Source of the DNA: Corallochytrium limacisporum Hawaii
Lineage: Eukaryota > Protista > Pluriformea
Assembly: GCA_002811645.1 (NCBI GenBank)
Contig: PDIP01000003.1
Location: 124,001 to 188,000, forward strand
Direction of reading: 5' to 3'
Length of the DNA stretch: 64,000 nt
Numbering within the stretch: the stretch's first letter is position 1; every line of letters starts with the position of its first letter. The position numbers and the translations under genes are program-made. The notes below the pieces were generated by a model. That model saw only the letters and a program-made list of their open reading frames with translations. It had not been told where the DNA came from and searched no databases. Of the stretch, positions 26,131 to 38,050 are shown in pieces.

Positions 26131-27264
26131 ATGGGTGACTACATGATCGTCTCCTTGCCTGGAGATCGCTCTCGGGAGGGAACGTTCAACCGTATTCAGT
26201 CTGCTGTGGGATCTTACGGCGAGTGCTACCGTTTCCTTGTGCCGGATTTGAAGGTGGGAACCCTAGATGCTTTGGTCGGCACCAGCGACGAACTGTCCAA
26301 ATTTGATCAACACGTTGCTGGTGTAGTTAGCAAGATGGCGAATACCCTGGAAACCCTGCTAGAAGATCACATGGACCGCTATGAAGAGAGCTTGACAGTG
26401 GGTGACCGGTCAGTGAGCTCATATCTGAAGAATTGGAGCTGGAACGGTGCCAAGTTTGCCACCCGCGGTAGCCTCACCGAATTGGTCGACATGCTGTCCA
26501 AGGCCTGCAATTCTGTGGACACTGAATTGCAATCCAAGCTCTCTGCATATAACCAGCTGAGGAATCAGATTAACTCGTTCAGCCGGAAGCAGGCAGGCAA
26601 TCTGCTCACCAAGGACCTTAGCGAGGTTGTGAAGAAGGAACACTTTGTGCAGAACTCCGAGTTCATGACAACAATGCTTGTGTGTGTACCCACAGCACAG
26701 GACGATGTCTTTTTGAACTGCTATGAGAAACTCACACAGTTTGTTGTGCCCCGCAGCGCTCGCGAGATTGCTAGAGACCAGGAGTACATTCTGTACGCTG
26801 TCATCGTCTTTGAGCGCGTAGCCGAGGAATTCAAGAACTGCTGCCGAGACAAACGCTTCATTGTGCGGGACTTTGTCTACGACGAGGAAGCGTTAGCTGA
26901 GGGGAAAAGGGAGTTTTCAAAAATGGAAAGCGATTACAAGAAGCGGTGGACCAACATGGTGCGGTGGTGTAAGACTAATTTCGGCGAGGTGTTTGAGGTC
27001 CTGGTCCACGTCAAGGCCTTGCGGGTCTTCACCGAGTCAGTTCTGCGCTACGGTCTGCCTGTCAACTTTGAGGCTGCCCTGATCGACTACAAGCGCAACT
27101 CCCAGAAGCGCATCCACTCCAATCTGAACAGCTTGGTAGGGGCAACGAAGGATTCCCTGGCTCCCATCGAGACCGACCTTGCCGGCCTCGGGGTGTCGGA
27201 GGACTACTACCCGTACACAATGGTTGACTTTGACCTAAGCATGCTTAAGCCGAGCTCTCGTTGA
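26131..27264 (+). CDS. ATP6V1C: V-type proton ATPase V1 subunit C
   Basis: PDLKVGTLDALVGTSDEL, GNLLTKDLS, VVPRSA, FIVRDFVYDE, HVKALRVFTESVLRYGLPVNF and EDYYPY motifs; 377 aa, full length. Confidence 0.97.
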   Translation: MGDYMIVSLPGDRSREGTFNRIQSAVGSYGECYRFLVPDLKVGTLDALVGTSDELSKFDQHVAGVVSKMANTLETLLEDHMDRYEESLTVGDRSVSSYLKNWSWNGAKFATRGSLTELVDMLSKACNSVDTELQSKLSAYNQLRNQINSFSRKQAGNLLTKDLSEVVKKEHFVQNSEFMTTMLVCVPTAQDDVFLNCYEKLTQFVVPRSAREIARDQEYILYAVIVFERVAEEFKNCCRDKRFIVRDFVYDEEALAEGKREFSKMESDYKKRWTNMVRWCKTNFGEVFEVLVHVKALRVFTESVLRYGLPVNFEAALIDYKRNSQKRIHSNLNSLVGATKDSLAPIETDLAGLGVSEDYYPYTMVDFDLSMLKPSSR

Positions 27265-28035
27265 AGAGTATCACTTTCCTTTTTTGAAAGACACATTCTC
27301 TGTCCTTTCACTACTACTACTACTACACCACAATGTCGTTCACCGGTATCCTCAATGAAAAGGTTGTCAAGTTGAACATAATGCTCTCTTGCTTCTTATG
27401 TGTTCCCCAACAGCCATTTCTGAACCGATCCGCTCTCGCACGATATCATGCAAAGCAAAACACCTGTTCAATTAAGAAATAAAGCATACCATCATGTCAC
27501 TCATCATCAACTTACTCATTTCATACATGATTTTCTACCTGTTTTTATATCTTTTCTGAAAGTCTCTTGCTGTCGCGGAACACAGTTCGGCGAGGGTGAT
27601 TCTCACATCTTTTCGAATAAAGGATAGTAAGAAATGGATATGATGGACACAAATTGGTAAGGGATAAGATAGAACAAAGCTTGCCATGACGCACCATCTT
27701 GGTTGCTGGTCTATGAGGAGTTCTCCACGAACGGCTTGGCCATGCACAGTCCCCTGGGACAATGTTACATGACATCCTCTTGTCACCCAGCAAGGCAGCA
27801 TACGGGTCCTGTGAGGACACGTGACTGAATGGTTTTGTTGTCATTATGATAGTCCTTTGCCTTACGGCAGGCAATGTTCTTAGTGATTGGCGATGGCCTA
27901 AATGGTGTTTGCCTCCTTGAATAAGATAGTTACGTTTCCGTTCTTGCTTTTTTATACAGACAGTCAAGCCTCAGGCAGTGCGCAGAAGAAACTCATGGTG
28001 CCGCTACCTCAAAGCTTTCGACTGATTTACAGGGG

Positions 28036-28374
28036 TTATGCGACAGTGCTCTCATGGATAAGAGCCTGCTCCAGGATGAAGCAGCCTTCCTTATACTTCT
28101 GAGCATCCTCAAAGGCCTTCTCGTACTTCCAGCCGAGGACGGTGTTGCAGCGAGTGCAGCAGACGTCCACGACGGTATGCAGTCCAGTGGTCATGACACG
28201 GTCTTCGGTGTCTCCAAGCGTTACGTTGACAACATTCTTGAACAGGAAGGCCCTGCCAGTGGCACCGTGGAAAGCTTTTGAGATGATGTCGTTGTGCTGA
28301 GTCAGGTGCGCTTCGCACTCAGCACAGGTGTACACCCGAGGTCCCTGCAGGAAACGCAGGAAGAGCATACCCAT
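28036..28374 (-). CDS. YPEL: Yippee-like zinc-binding protein (YPEL5/Moh1-like)
   Basis: YTCAEC...IISKAFHGATGRAFLF..VVNV...DRVMTTGLHTVVDVCCTRC...LGWKYEKAFEDAQKYKEG. Confidence 0.96.
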   Translation of the reverse strand: MGMLFLRFLQGPRVYTCAECEAHLTQHNDIISKAFHGATGRAFLFKNVVNVTLGDTEDRVMTTGLHTVVDVCCTRCNTVLGWKYEKAFEDAQKYKEGCFILEQALIHESTVA

Positions 28375-31300
28375 CTTGTCCTTGTCTCAAATACACAAAT
28401 AGGAAGTCAAAGATTCACTCACTTGTTTCAGATACTTGCTGTTAACTTAGGGCTATTATGCGTGACAAACAGGCCAAACCCAGCGCCAAGACCTGTTCCG
28501 CACAACTGAGAGATAATGAGGAGTGTAACGGGTTCTCACAGATGAGGCAACCGCTTCCGAAGTTTTGCACCCAGACGTTTTCAATTTTACTTCTGTTCAG
28601 TCCCTTATGGTCTCCGTTCGACCGACATGTACTTAGGTAGAGGATAGGAAAACTTCACCCGCTCATGAAACGCTCTTACAACACACCTATATCATACACA
28701 CTTAGTCTGGTTCGACTTGAGATCCTATGATCCACGCTTATCACACCATCAATTTGAATTGTTTTTCTACCTTCAAACCTTGATAATCATATTATCCAGA
28801 CCCTGTGCAGCCGTGCAGGGTGTATGACGCGGCTGTCAACTGAAGTTTAGGGATGTGAGCTGCAAAACCACCGGCCACAGTGAGGATGCAACGGATCGCC
28901 TGTGCCCGGTCACCTGCCGATCTTACCCCCCCCCCTCCCCTCTGCTGAACCGTCCGAGCCCAAACCCGTAGCCCAGTTGTCAGCAAGTACCCTTCCCAAC
29001 GATCCCCCAGCCCGACTTCAAACGAATTGAAGATGACTCTCCTTTTCTAGTAATGGCTATCCATATATTAAGTATTGAATTAGATCTCCTTACGAAAGCG
29101 GGAGGTATGTAAAGGTACACAATTGCCCTCGGACCGTTTCTCCTGTTCCCACCCACTTGCTTTGCCTCCACCATATTTACAACCTGTGCGTATGCGACAA
29201 ACAGAGCAGACTACGATTTGGCTATGGCAGACTATGAACTTCTGACCCAGTGATGTGGACAATACCTGTGTTGCGTCGGCTATGACGCCATGCATTTCGT
29301 GCCGCACGTCGGTCCCGTCGGATCGTCGTTCACTTCTCTCCTCGTCGTTCATATCCGTGATGATTACTCAATTCATTCACTATATAAATAGCAAGACATT
29401 GCGTTTCCGGGCCGTTTTCTTCGAAACTGAATTCTTTCTGAGCACCTGTTCTCTCTGTTTCGATGTTCCTTTCTCGTATTTCTGTCATTTCCAAATGCGC
29501 TTGCACAACCACTCCCCCCCCACAACCCCCCAACGCCTACAATTGTTAAGGGGAAAATGAGGGAAGGCGGCCACACAAATGCGAGAACCGGCACAAATTG
29601 CGAGTTGCGGCCGCTGTGCTGTCGTGGAGGGATCTGATGTGTGTGTGTGTGTGTGTGTCAATTTTATACCGCTACCCCTTTATCTCGTTTACATTTCAGT
29701 AGAGTATGTACTTAGTACTGCTCTATCTCCGGCCAAATTATGCGAGAGAAGGAAGAGCTCTGATGCGTACTCTATCCTCTCCGCCTCCCCCTCCCCCCCC
29801 CCCGGGGCTCCCTTCCTTGGGGCGGTTCCTTAGCTTCCCCTCCGCCTCCGCCTTCCCTCCCCCCCCACTTTTTTTTTTGCGCTCCGTCGTCGACAAAAGA
29901 AGGGGAAATAAAAAGTGCGGGTCTGCCGCATTGTTTTAGTCCGTTTGCGGTATGGTAGCTGTGGTGGGAGGTGTGCATTGCGAACTATGAATCTACATCC
30001 ATCAATAAAGGCGGGTCGGGTCTCACACGCACCCCCCCCCGGGCGGGGGGGGGCACACCAGTCAATCAAAAGGTTAAAAAAAAAGAAAAGGAGAAAAGGG
30101 GGGAAAGACTTGTCCCGCTGCGCCCAACGTCCCCAGTACAAGCACTAGGGAACGCTCTGCTCTGCACACAAAGGCAAAAAAAAAAGGAAAAAGAAAATTG
30201 TGCGCGAAAAGTGTCCCGGTCGCTAGGCCAGTGCTCGTTTGTTTGCTGACTCCCCCCTTCCCCATCACCGGGTTTTCTCGGTGGGTGCTGCTGCTTAAAA
30301 CAACCACCTCTCCCCCTCCCAGTACTGCAGGGAAAACTACCAGGTGCCCCGGCCCGGCATCGCATCATTCATCCGTTCTGGAACACCCAGGACACCAATC
30401 AAAAAAAAAAAGCCAATGAAAACCCGCACTTTGCGAGGCGCGCCCGGGAGAGGCACCGACTGGAGAAAAAAACGACAAAGTCGGGAGCGTCACCTGCACC
30501 CCTTACCTTCGCCTCCTGGACGAGAGTTCATAGTGAACATAGGAGAAGATAATGAAGGGGAGGGTAGGGGGGGGGCCGCGCCAGCGAAGGAAGGCGAGAG
30601 ACAAGACGTTTCATGTGATAACGTAGATTCACTCATGTTTCTTGATAGTTGTGCGTACAAACCATCAGATATCCATATCGTGACTATGTTCATTGGACAA
30701 CCTGAGTTTCAGAACACCATCAGGTCACAGGCAGCTTTCGGACGAAAGTGTTGTCACGCAATGTCGGTCCTTCGCCGTAAACCTCATTTTTTTGGCTCTT
30801 GGCCACGACACCCGTAAGCAGGGCCCGGGCAGCTGCTGACTCAATCATGTACCCAGGTCCCCATATTCGGAGTACGGCAATGTTTCGGGGACAATGACGA
30901 ACGAAACGGGACGGAAGGTTGGGGGGGGGGATTGCGATATCTTCTCCCATTTTTTTTCTGACCTGCGTCCCTACGCAGTCCCCCCTTAGAAAATTGGTGG
31001 GCGTGCGGCGGTAAAATGATTGGGAGGGGTCTCCGGGAACGTCCCCGCCGCTGTTTCTACTGTGAGTGTACGGGGAGAATGAGGGATATTTCTGAGACAC
31101 TTCCTAACGCTTACCGGGGACGTTGCTGGTGACATCGGACCAGCTGGACGCGGCAGCCCCGGGGTTGGTCGAGGCAGCGCAGCCGATTGGCTGCTGGTGG
31201 TATAGTACCATAGCACCACCCCTTTTTTTTGTTCACTACCAGCGTGCGGGCGCACTTTCCACTTTTCAAACTTTTGTCCAGTGCTTGGGCGCATCGTTAT

Positions 31301-32140
31301 CAAGGAGCGGAAAGAGTAGAAGTAGTCCTCATCATCGACTGCGCGCTACCTACACCCCAGGTGTCCTCGGAGGGATATGCATGTAATGGCATGATGAGAG
31401 AAACCCTCATGCCTGAATTGCAATGATTCGATCCTTCCTTTACATGCTGCAGTGGACGGACGAATTCTTCAGATTGTGGTGACCTCTAACCGTTTCTAGA
31501 AACTCTGTTTCCACAGAAGGCTAGCACGATGTGAGATGTATAGTCATGCAAGAAGAACGAAGTGGGAAAGATCCCGCTTGATCGCCATCTTGAGCGGTGT
31601 TATAAGTACTCTTCAATTCACAAATTCTGTGGATGCCACAGACATGAACGCATGAACCGCTCGCCAAATGTAGCCATTAGTTCCTGCGAAGCATCTGTTT
31701 GTGGCAGCAAGTGACGAAAAAAGGCAAAGGCCGCAGCTTTGGTGTCAACGGCGCGATGATTCATTATAGGCCGGTGCCCACACATCGCGTACCCTCGACA
31801 GGCAGCTGCAAGAACTGTTCAACACTACTAGTGCAGTAATCTTCCTTGTCCTTCCATTCTTTATTGACGCGATAGCAAATGAACTTACGGAACGGCGAGA
31901 AAAAGAGAAACAAGGGGAGAGGGGCACCCCGTGCTGTCTGCTTTATATGGTGCTGCCGTGTACTGGCTGCGGGGTGGCTATCGAAACTGTACTCGGCTGA
32001 CGTGCAGCCGGGAGTATTGATCAGAACCTTGCCGTCTTCCGGCCTCCTTATCCCTTTACATTCCCAAAGCCCCATAGTATACACAACACGTAGTGCCCGA
32101 GCACCGCAGTCACCGTCTTCCCTACGACCCGCCCCCCCCC

Positions 32141-32357
32141 NNNNNNNNNNNNNNNNNNNNNNNNNNNNNNNNNNNNNNNNNNNNNNNNNNNNNNNNNNNN
32201 NNNNNNNNNNNNNNNNNNNNNNNNNNNNNNNNNNNNNNNNNNNNNNNNNNNNNNNNNNNNNNNNNNNNNNNNNNNNNNNNNNNNNNNNNNNNNNNNNNNN
32301 NNNNNNNNNNNNNNNNNNNNNNNNNNNNNNNNNNNNNNNNNNNNNNNNNNNNNNNNN
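32141..32357. other. Assembly gap (N run)
   Basis: 217 N flanked by poly-C. Confidence 1.
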
Positions 32358-34400
32358 CCCCCTCCCTCCGCCCCAAAAAAGACCGGACGGCAAGTCCTCA
32401 AGTGGTACCCAAACAGTTGACAATAGTGACCCATCAGTGTGTAGCCGCAAATCCGCCCAGCAGCATTCCGAGCTGCAAAAAAAAAAAAAAAGAAAATCAC
32501 CGCGGCTGTGCCCTGCAACGTGTGCGAGTGTTTACCAATGTGTAACCCTGTGACTGTCGCGTGCGCAAAATACGCCAATCCCCCGCCGCTGTTCCTGTCA
32601 CTTTGTGCACAGATATAGCTGCACAGGTGTTGCTTGCCCCCCCCCCCCCGCGTGCCCGTCCGTCCACACCCAGTCAACTCCTACAAAGCGCAACTGCACT
32701 CTGCGAGAGACGCGGAGTCCTTTCCGCCAACCTGCACCGGCGAATCTCGTTCACGACCGGTGCTCCGCTTGTCTGCGTTCACGGCTGATTTGAAACAGAC
32801 TGTGGGAGTTCCTTATTTCAATACCAATCCTCTCGGGGTGGGATGTATGTTCAATTGGATTGCTCCGATCTTCACAACCCAAACTGGCCGCTGATTTAGC
32901 GACGAGAAAGGATCATTCACACGCATGGTCACCGCTTGTTTCAACCACGGCATCCACAGAGCTGCAGAAATTCTGATAGATGCCAATACCCCAAAATTAC
33001 CCCTGACAAAAGGACTTCAGCTGCCCCCATGATGCTCGAGCATCGGATGACGACGCCGATGAATGATCCTGATGGTGCCCGAGCTTGCTTGTATTCGGTC
33101 CTGCAAAACGGGTCAGTCATTTCAAGCAAGAAGGCGCAAACAAAAGCTGTGAGCGGTTGGGGAGCAACAGGCTGAACCGTCACCTTTGGATCCTCCACCG
33201 AAGATACAGACCTGCACACTGCACTGTGCACTGTGGCACGTCATGCGCTCTGAGCACGTCTTTGGGGCCCTCTATCAACAACGGAAATCCCTTCCGCCAG
33301 AGAGCCGGTGGCCGCAGAGTAGTGGTAGGCACCGCATAGGCACAGACGTGGCTCGGTCGATCTCCTCTCTCGCTGTCATAGCCAAGTGCACAGGCACCGC
33401 CCCCGTGCCGCACCCGCATACTCAGAAGTGATTGTGCGAAAATTCTGTTCATTGTGTCCAAAGCGAATCGACCAATAACACATCTATCAGATGATGACAA
33501 TGATCAAACGAAGGCTCGGACTTATGTAACCGGTCACTCAAGCATACCAGAATCGTTCTACGATCCTCTTTGCGCTTGTATGGCGCTCTTGAAAGTGTGG
33601 CTCGAACGTCGTGATCTGTACCATCATCACCCAGCATCCATCACCATCCTACCTTCACCACCTATATGGCGCATTACTGTCAGCGTACGCACATGCTTCG
33701 AAAAGTTTCGGTACGACAGCAAGCAGAGCGAGATTTCAGTGTTATTAGATGCGCTTTATCAAATGATGATGATGTTGGAATCCTCCTTCACTGGAGTCGA
33801 TTTTGTCAAAGCGACCGACGTAAAAAATTGGGGGGGCGGGGGATGGCTCGTTCGTGGCGATTCATTATGATGAGGGTAACAGTTTTTTGTTCCCGATGTT
33901 TTCGCGAACTTGCGCGGCTGGGCTTCTCCGCGCCCAGTGCGCGCTGGAGATGAGAATGCGGCAGAAGGGAAGGTAGTAGGGGATGATGAAACCGGCCAGT
34001 GGCGACTCCTGCGGTGCATTGAGTACTGGGTCCAGCGGCGGAATCGCTTGAGGAGTTGGGCTTGGACGCTCGCTCCAATGGTGGGTGGGTGAGGGGTAAG
34101 CCGGGCTATATAGTCACAGTGCGGAAATACGGACCCGGTCTCGTTTTGCCATGGGCACAGTTCGTCCGGACCACAGCGGATGTTAATTGTGCAAAGTGGA
34201 CACGGTGACGCACAATACCCGAGATACAGCAGTGGCACAAGAGCGAATACCTGTGCATTCCTTCTGTACTTTGTGCAGTTCTGGACTTGAATATGTAGTA
34301 GGTAAGGAAGAAACATATTTATTGAAAGCAAGTAGTTGGTCATACGTGATCAGAAGTTTAGTGTAGGGAACCTGAACGGATCAGGTGGATAGAACGAACC

Positions 34401-34976
34401 ATGACGGAATACAGCAAGTACAAAGTCGACGAGCTCCGTGCGCTCCTGTCAGACCGTGATCTGCCCACTGCTGGGAAGAAAGCAGAGCTCATTGCACGCT
34501 TGGAGGAAGCCGACGCAAACGCTGCTTCTACAGAGCCCGAGTCGAAGACGGCACCTGCTACAGACAAGAAGAAGGCTGCCACACCTGCCAAGTCTCCGGA
34601 GAAGACGGCTGCCGCGACCAAAAGCACCCCTGCGAAGACCCCTGGTGGAGCAGCCTCTGCCACGCTGGGCGGACCTGCAGATGAGAACGCGGACAGTGAG
34701 GTTGAACGACTGCGGGCCAGGGCTAAGCGCTTTGGAATGGACGCACTGGGAGACCAGGAAAAGGCAAGGCTGCGGGCAGCACGGTTCGGTATTGCACCTC
34801 CTTCCGCTGAAAAACCGAAGAAAGGAACGCCGGGTAAGGGAGCGCAGACGCCCCAACAGAAGAAAGACCCTCTCTCAAATGTGGATCCCGCTACCGCCGA
34901 GCGGATGAGGAAGCGCATGGAGCGATTTGGCAGTACAGAGAACTCCCCTGCGCCCAAGCAGGCCAAGATAAGGTAG
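34401..34976 (+). CDS. SARNP: SAP-domain ribonucleoprotein (SARNP/CIP29/Tho1), mRNA export factor
   Basis: N-terminal SAP domain (YSKYKVDELRALLSDRDLPTAGKKAELIARL) and three R-x-x-R-F-G repeats (RAKRFG, RAARFG, RMERFG). Confidence 0.92.
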   Translation: MTEYSKYKVDELRALLSDRDLPTAGKKAELIARLEEADANAASTEPESKTAPATDKKKAATPAKSPEKTAAATKSTPAKTPGGAASATLGGPADENADSEVERLRARAKRFGMDALGDQEKARLRAARFGIAPPSAEKPKKGTPGKGAQTPQQKKDPLSNVDPATAERMRKRMERFGSTENSPAPKQAKIR

Positions 34977-35091
34977 ATGTGGAAACCTCTGTCCTTCAAT
35001 TAATTATAAAGGTTGATAACATAAGGAGCCATCGAAATCTGAAGACGCATACGGATATATAGTGAAATGATAACAATCTATGATGCTAAAT

Positions 35092-36075
35092 TTATTTGGT
35101 ACACCCCTCAGTAAGCATTACGGGCCCAAAGGCAGCATCCGTGTACAGAGCATTCAATTTGAAAAAGTCTACAAGCTCGTCCAGCGAAGAGAAAGTTGCA
35201 TGCCCAACCGCGAACTGTCCACCAATACCCTCAATGCGAAAGTGCCGCACCGAACCGTTGAGGAGCAGAGACAGTGCGTAAGACCCTGGCTGCGTTTCAC
35301 TCTCGCGGATCAAGAACGTACCATCCCGCGTTTCTCCGACCAACTTTTCCACTGCATCTGATCGGCTCATTCCTCGCCTCAGCCAGGGCCGGTTGTCCTT
35401 TTTGTTGGTGGCCTGCTCCTGTCTGACTTCCTCGAGGTCGTAGTATGACTCTGAGATGATTGCAGAAGGGTCCTGTACCGGGGCTGGTTGTGGGACCGGC
35501 ACCGTGCCCGTCACGCTCTTCTTGTAGAATGACAAATCAATCGCTGGGATATCCAGAGCAGCGCGATCACTTGCTCCACCGGATTGCAGGGTTCGCAGGT
35601 CTATGGTGGCCTGTGACGCCTCACTATCTGCGCGCCCGGGCATTGGGGGCGCTCCTTGTCGGCGCTGTGAGTTTTCATTGGACCCAAAAGCACCGCCCGA
35701 CTCTGCCAATTCTCTAGCGGTCTGTACCCTCCTGATCTCCTCAAGCCACCGGCGGCAACTATCTTCACTGTGGCATTCCACGTCGTACACTTGGGCCTCG
35801 ACTCGGAAGACAAACTTTTTGTTCTTGGGGATGACATCCTGGATCAGTTCGATCGGCCAATTCTGGATGACAGACCCTTCTTTGCTCACTACTTTCAGAC
35901 GAGGACCTGCATCATCGCTGTCGACCAGCTTCAATGATAATTTCTTCTTCCTTTCTCCCGTTGACCGGACCTGTAAGCTGGCAATCGGATCCTCGAGCAC
36001 CACCACTTCGCCTGGTATGCTTCCGCCGCCATCACCGCTGCCTCGTTCTCCACGAGGAGAGAACCATTTACTCAT
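35092..36075 (-). CDS. PH-domain plus C-terminal SH2-domain adaptor protein
   Basis: SH2: WLRRGMSRSDAVEKL...DGTFLIRESETQPGSYALSL...VRHFRI...FSSLDELVDFF. PH-like N-half ending CHSEDSCRRWLEEIRR. Pro-rich linker. Confidence 0.9.
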   Translation of the reverse strand: MSKWFSPRGERGSGDGGGSIPGEVVVLEDPIASLQVRSTGERKKKLSLKLVDSDDAGPRLKVVSKEGSVIQNWPIELIQDVIPKNKKFVFRVEAQVYDVECHSEDSCRRWLEEIRRVQTARELAESGGAFGSNENSQRRQGAPPMPGRADSEASQATIDLRTLQSGGASDRAALDIPAIDLSFYKKSVTGTVPVPQPAPVQDPSAIISESYYDLEEVRQEQATNKKDNRPWLRRGMSRSDAVEKLVGETRDGTFLIRESETQPGSYALSLLLNGSVRHFRIEGIGGQFAVGHATFSSLDELVDFFKLNALYTDAAFGPVMLTEGCTK

Positions 36076-37342
36076 GGTTCCTTCTGTCTATTGAAGTCTC
36101 TTCAATTCCTACACTTTGGACTCTGCTAGTTTCTTCGCCAAGTGTTCGAAATATGGTAGTTGTCCTACTGGCCTTGCAGCAAATAAAACTCACTGAAGTC
36201 AGACCATAACTCTTTGTGTGCGTTGGCAGATTTTGTTCTGTACTCTATTCCAATGACCACTAAGTCCGTACCTCACAGTGACACAGCCAGGCTCTATTGC
36301 TGTCCTAATGTTCGCTATGTAAAGTTTTCTCACTAGGAGATGCCCTCTATTCACAACAGAATTGTTCACAATTGTTTTGACTAATACACAAATCGTTCGT
36401 ATCATGGATGTTGCTTGACCACAACATCTTGTACCTGCTTATCACTTGTAACACACGTATCACCGCTGCGACCAAGGGAACAAAGACTCCTTCGGCTTCC
36501 CACAAACTTTGTGAAAGCTCGGTATATACCGTGACACCACCACCGCTGCATAAGCATATTTTCAATAGGCCACACTGAAGCATATGATACTGATAATGAT
36601 ATACACAGGACCACCAATACCACTGTGTAACAAAACGATGATCACAAAGCAAGCAACCCAGAAGGACGCAGCAACCACAGCCCAAGAAATTTTAACTTTC
36701 CTGATTTTGGACGGCCCTGCCTGATGCGGTCGAGTTTGACCTGAAGTGCGCGAGAGAGACACACACCCAAAGAGTGAGTATGAGTATGTGTATGTGCATG
36801 TGTATGTCCCGGTGGCATGCTCAACTTGCTGCAACTGGTGGCTCTTGTATCATCTGCTGCAGTGCTTGGTCCAAATTGAGAAAACTCCGTGGCATATTTT
36901 GCTTGCCTGTTTCCTTCTTCTGCCCTTGTTGCGTTGGTGTCTGCGGATCGGGGCGACGGGCTCCTTGTTTTCTTTCTTTCTCTGACAACTCAAGGGAAAA
37001 AAAAATAGTTCGCCGCCGTGGCGATGCTGCGCTTCGTCCGTTCTTCGCAGAAAATCCGTCCCCTCCATCCCCCCCCGCCCAACCCCGCTGACTTCTTCGT
37101 GCGGGGACCCCCTCCCCCACCACGGAATCGATGGATGGCCGCATCACTGGGTCCGATCAAAAACTCTGCGGTGGTCAAAATAGAAAAATAAAAACAGGTC
37201 CGGGAAGGGCCGGGTTCCCGCCTTGCTGCCGTGTCATCGGAAAAAAAATGTGGCAGCAGAGAAGACCGACAGTGGGCAAAATTTTACAGTTGTAGAGAAA
37301 ATGTCATGGAAAATTGGTTCATGAATTCAGTTCGGGATCGAG

Positions 37343-37346
<4 letters not shown>

Positions 37347-37390
<44 letters not shown>
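37347..37390. repeat. (CT)n microsatellite
   Basis: About 22 perfect units. Confidence 0.97.
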
Positions 37391-37393
<3 letters not shown>

Positions 37394-38050
37394 CTCCTCC
37401 CGTTGTACCCTGTTTTTCTCCTCCGGTCACATTGTTTTCGTTTTCAGACCTGGTCCGAATTCAGTAGTGAATATACTGGACATTGGCGCGGTATGTGCCG
37501 GGGCTTCCCGTTTCGTTCTCTTCCGTTCTCTATTTTCTTCATTCCGTTGATATCATCCCCGACCAGACCAACGGAGGTGAGTTAAAAACGGTAGTGAAAG
37601 TACCGGACATGCCCCCGCCGTTTGTCGGCGCACCAAAGCAGCCCTCCGGCTCTGGTGCTCATGCTGTGTGCCTGTACGAATGGGCACAATGCGCCTCCCG
37701 GTAGAGGCAGAACTTGCCTTTTTTGAGAAGGGACCGAACGTAAAGGGGACGAGCGATGGTGTGGGTCGTTTTTGATGTTGGACATGCAGAGCGCGTCAGT
37801 TGAATGTGAGATTGGAGCGATGGAAGAACATGCCGATGATCGCAACAGGATCGCGTGGAATAAGTGGAACTGCGGAAAGTGGGACTTTGCAAACGCAGAG
37901 TATCAGGGACGGAAGTGACCGAGGCAAACAAAGGTAGGCATGGATTGGTAAGACTTGTAGTTTGGTTCTTTTTTATGATTATTGGTGTCAAAGAAGGATG
38001 GCTCCGATGCTTTGTCATGCTCAAACCGCGAAGATTAATGTGAATTTTGA

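Noticed and set aside
33759-34343. 194-aa minus-strand ORF upstream of SARNP
   Set aside because: Overlaps the SARNP promoter region and has no recognisable features.
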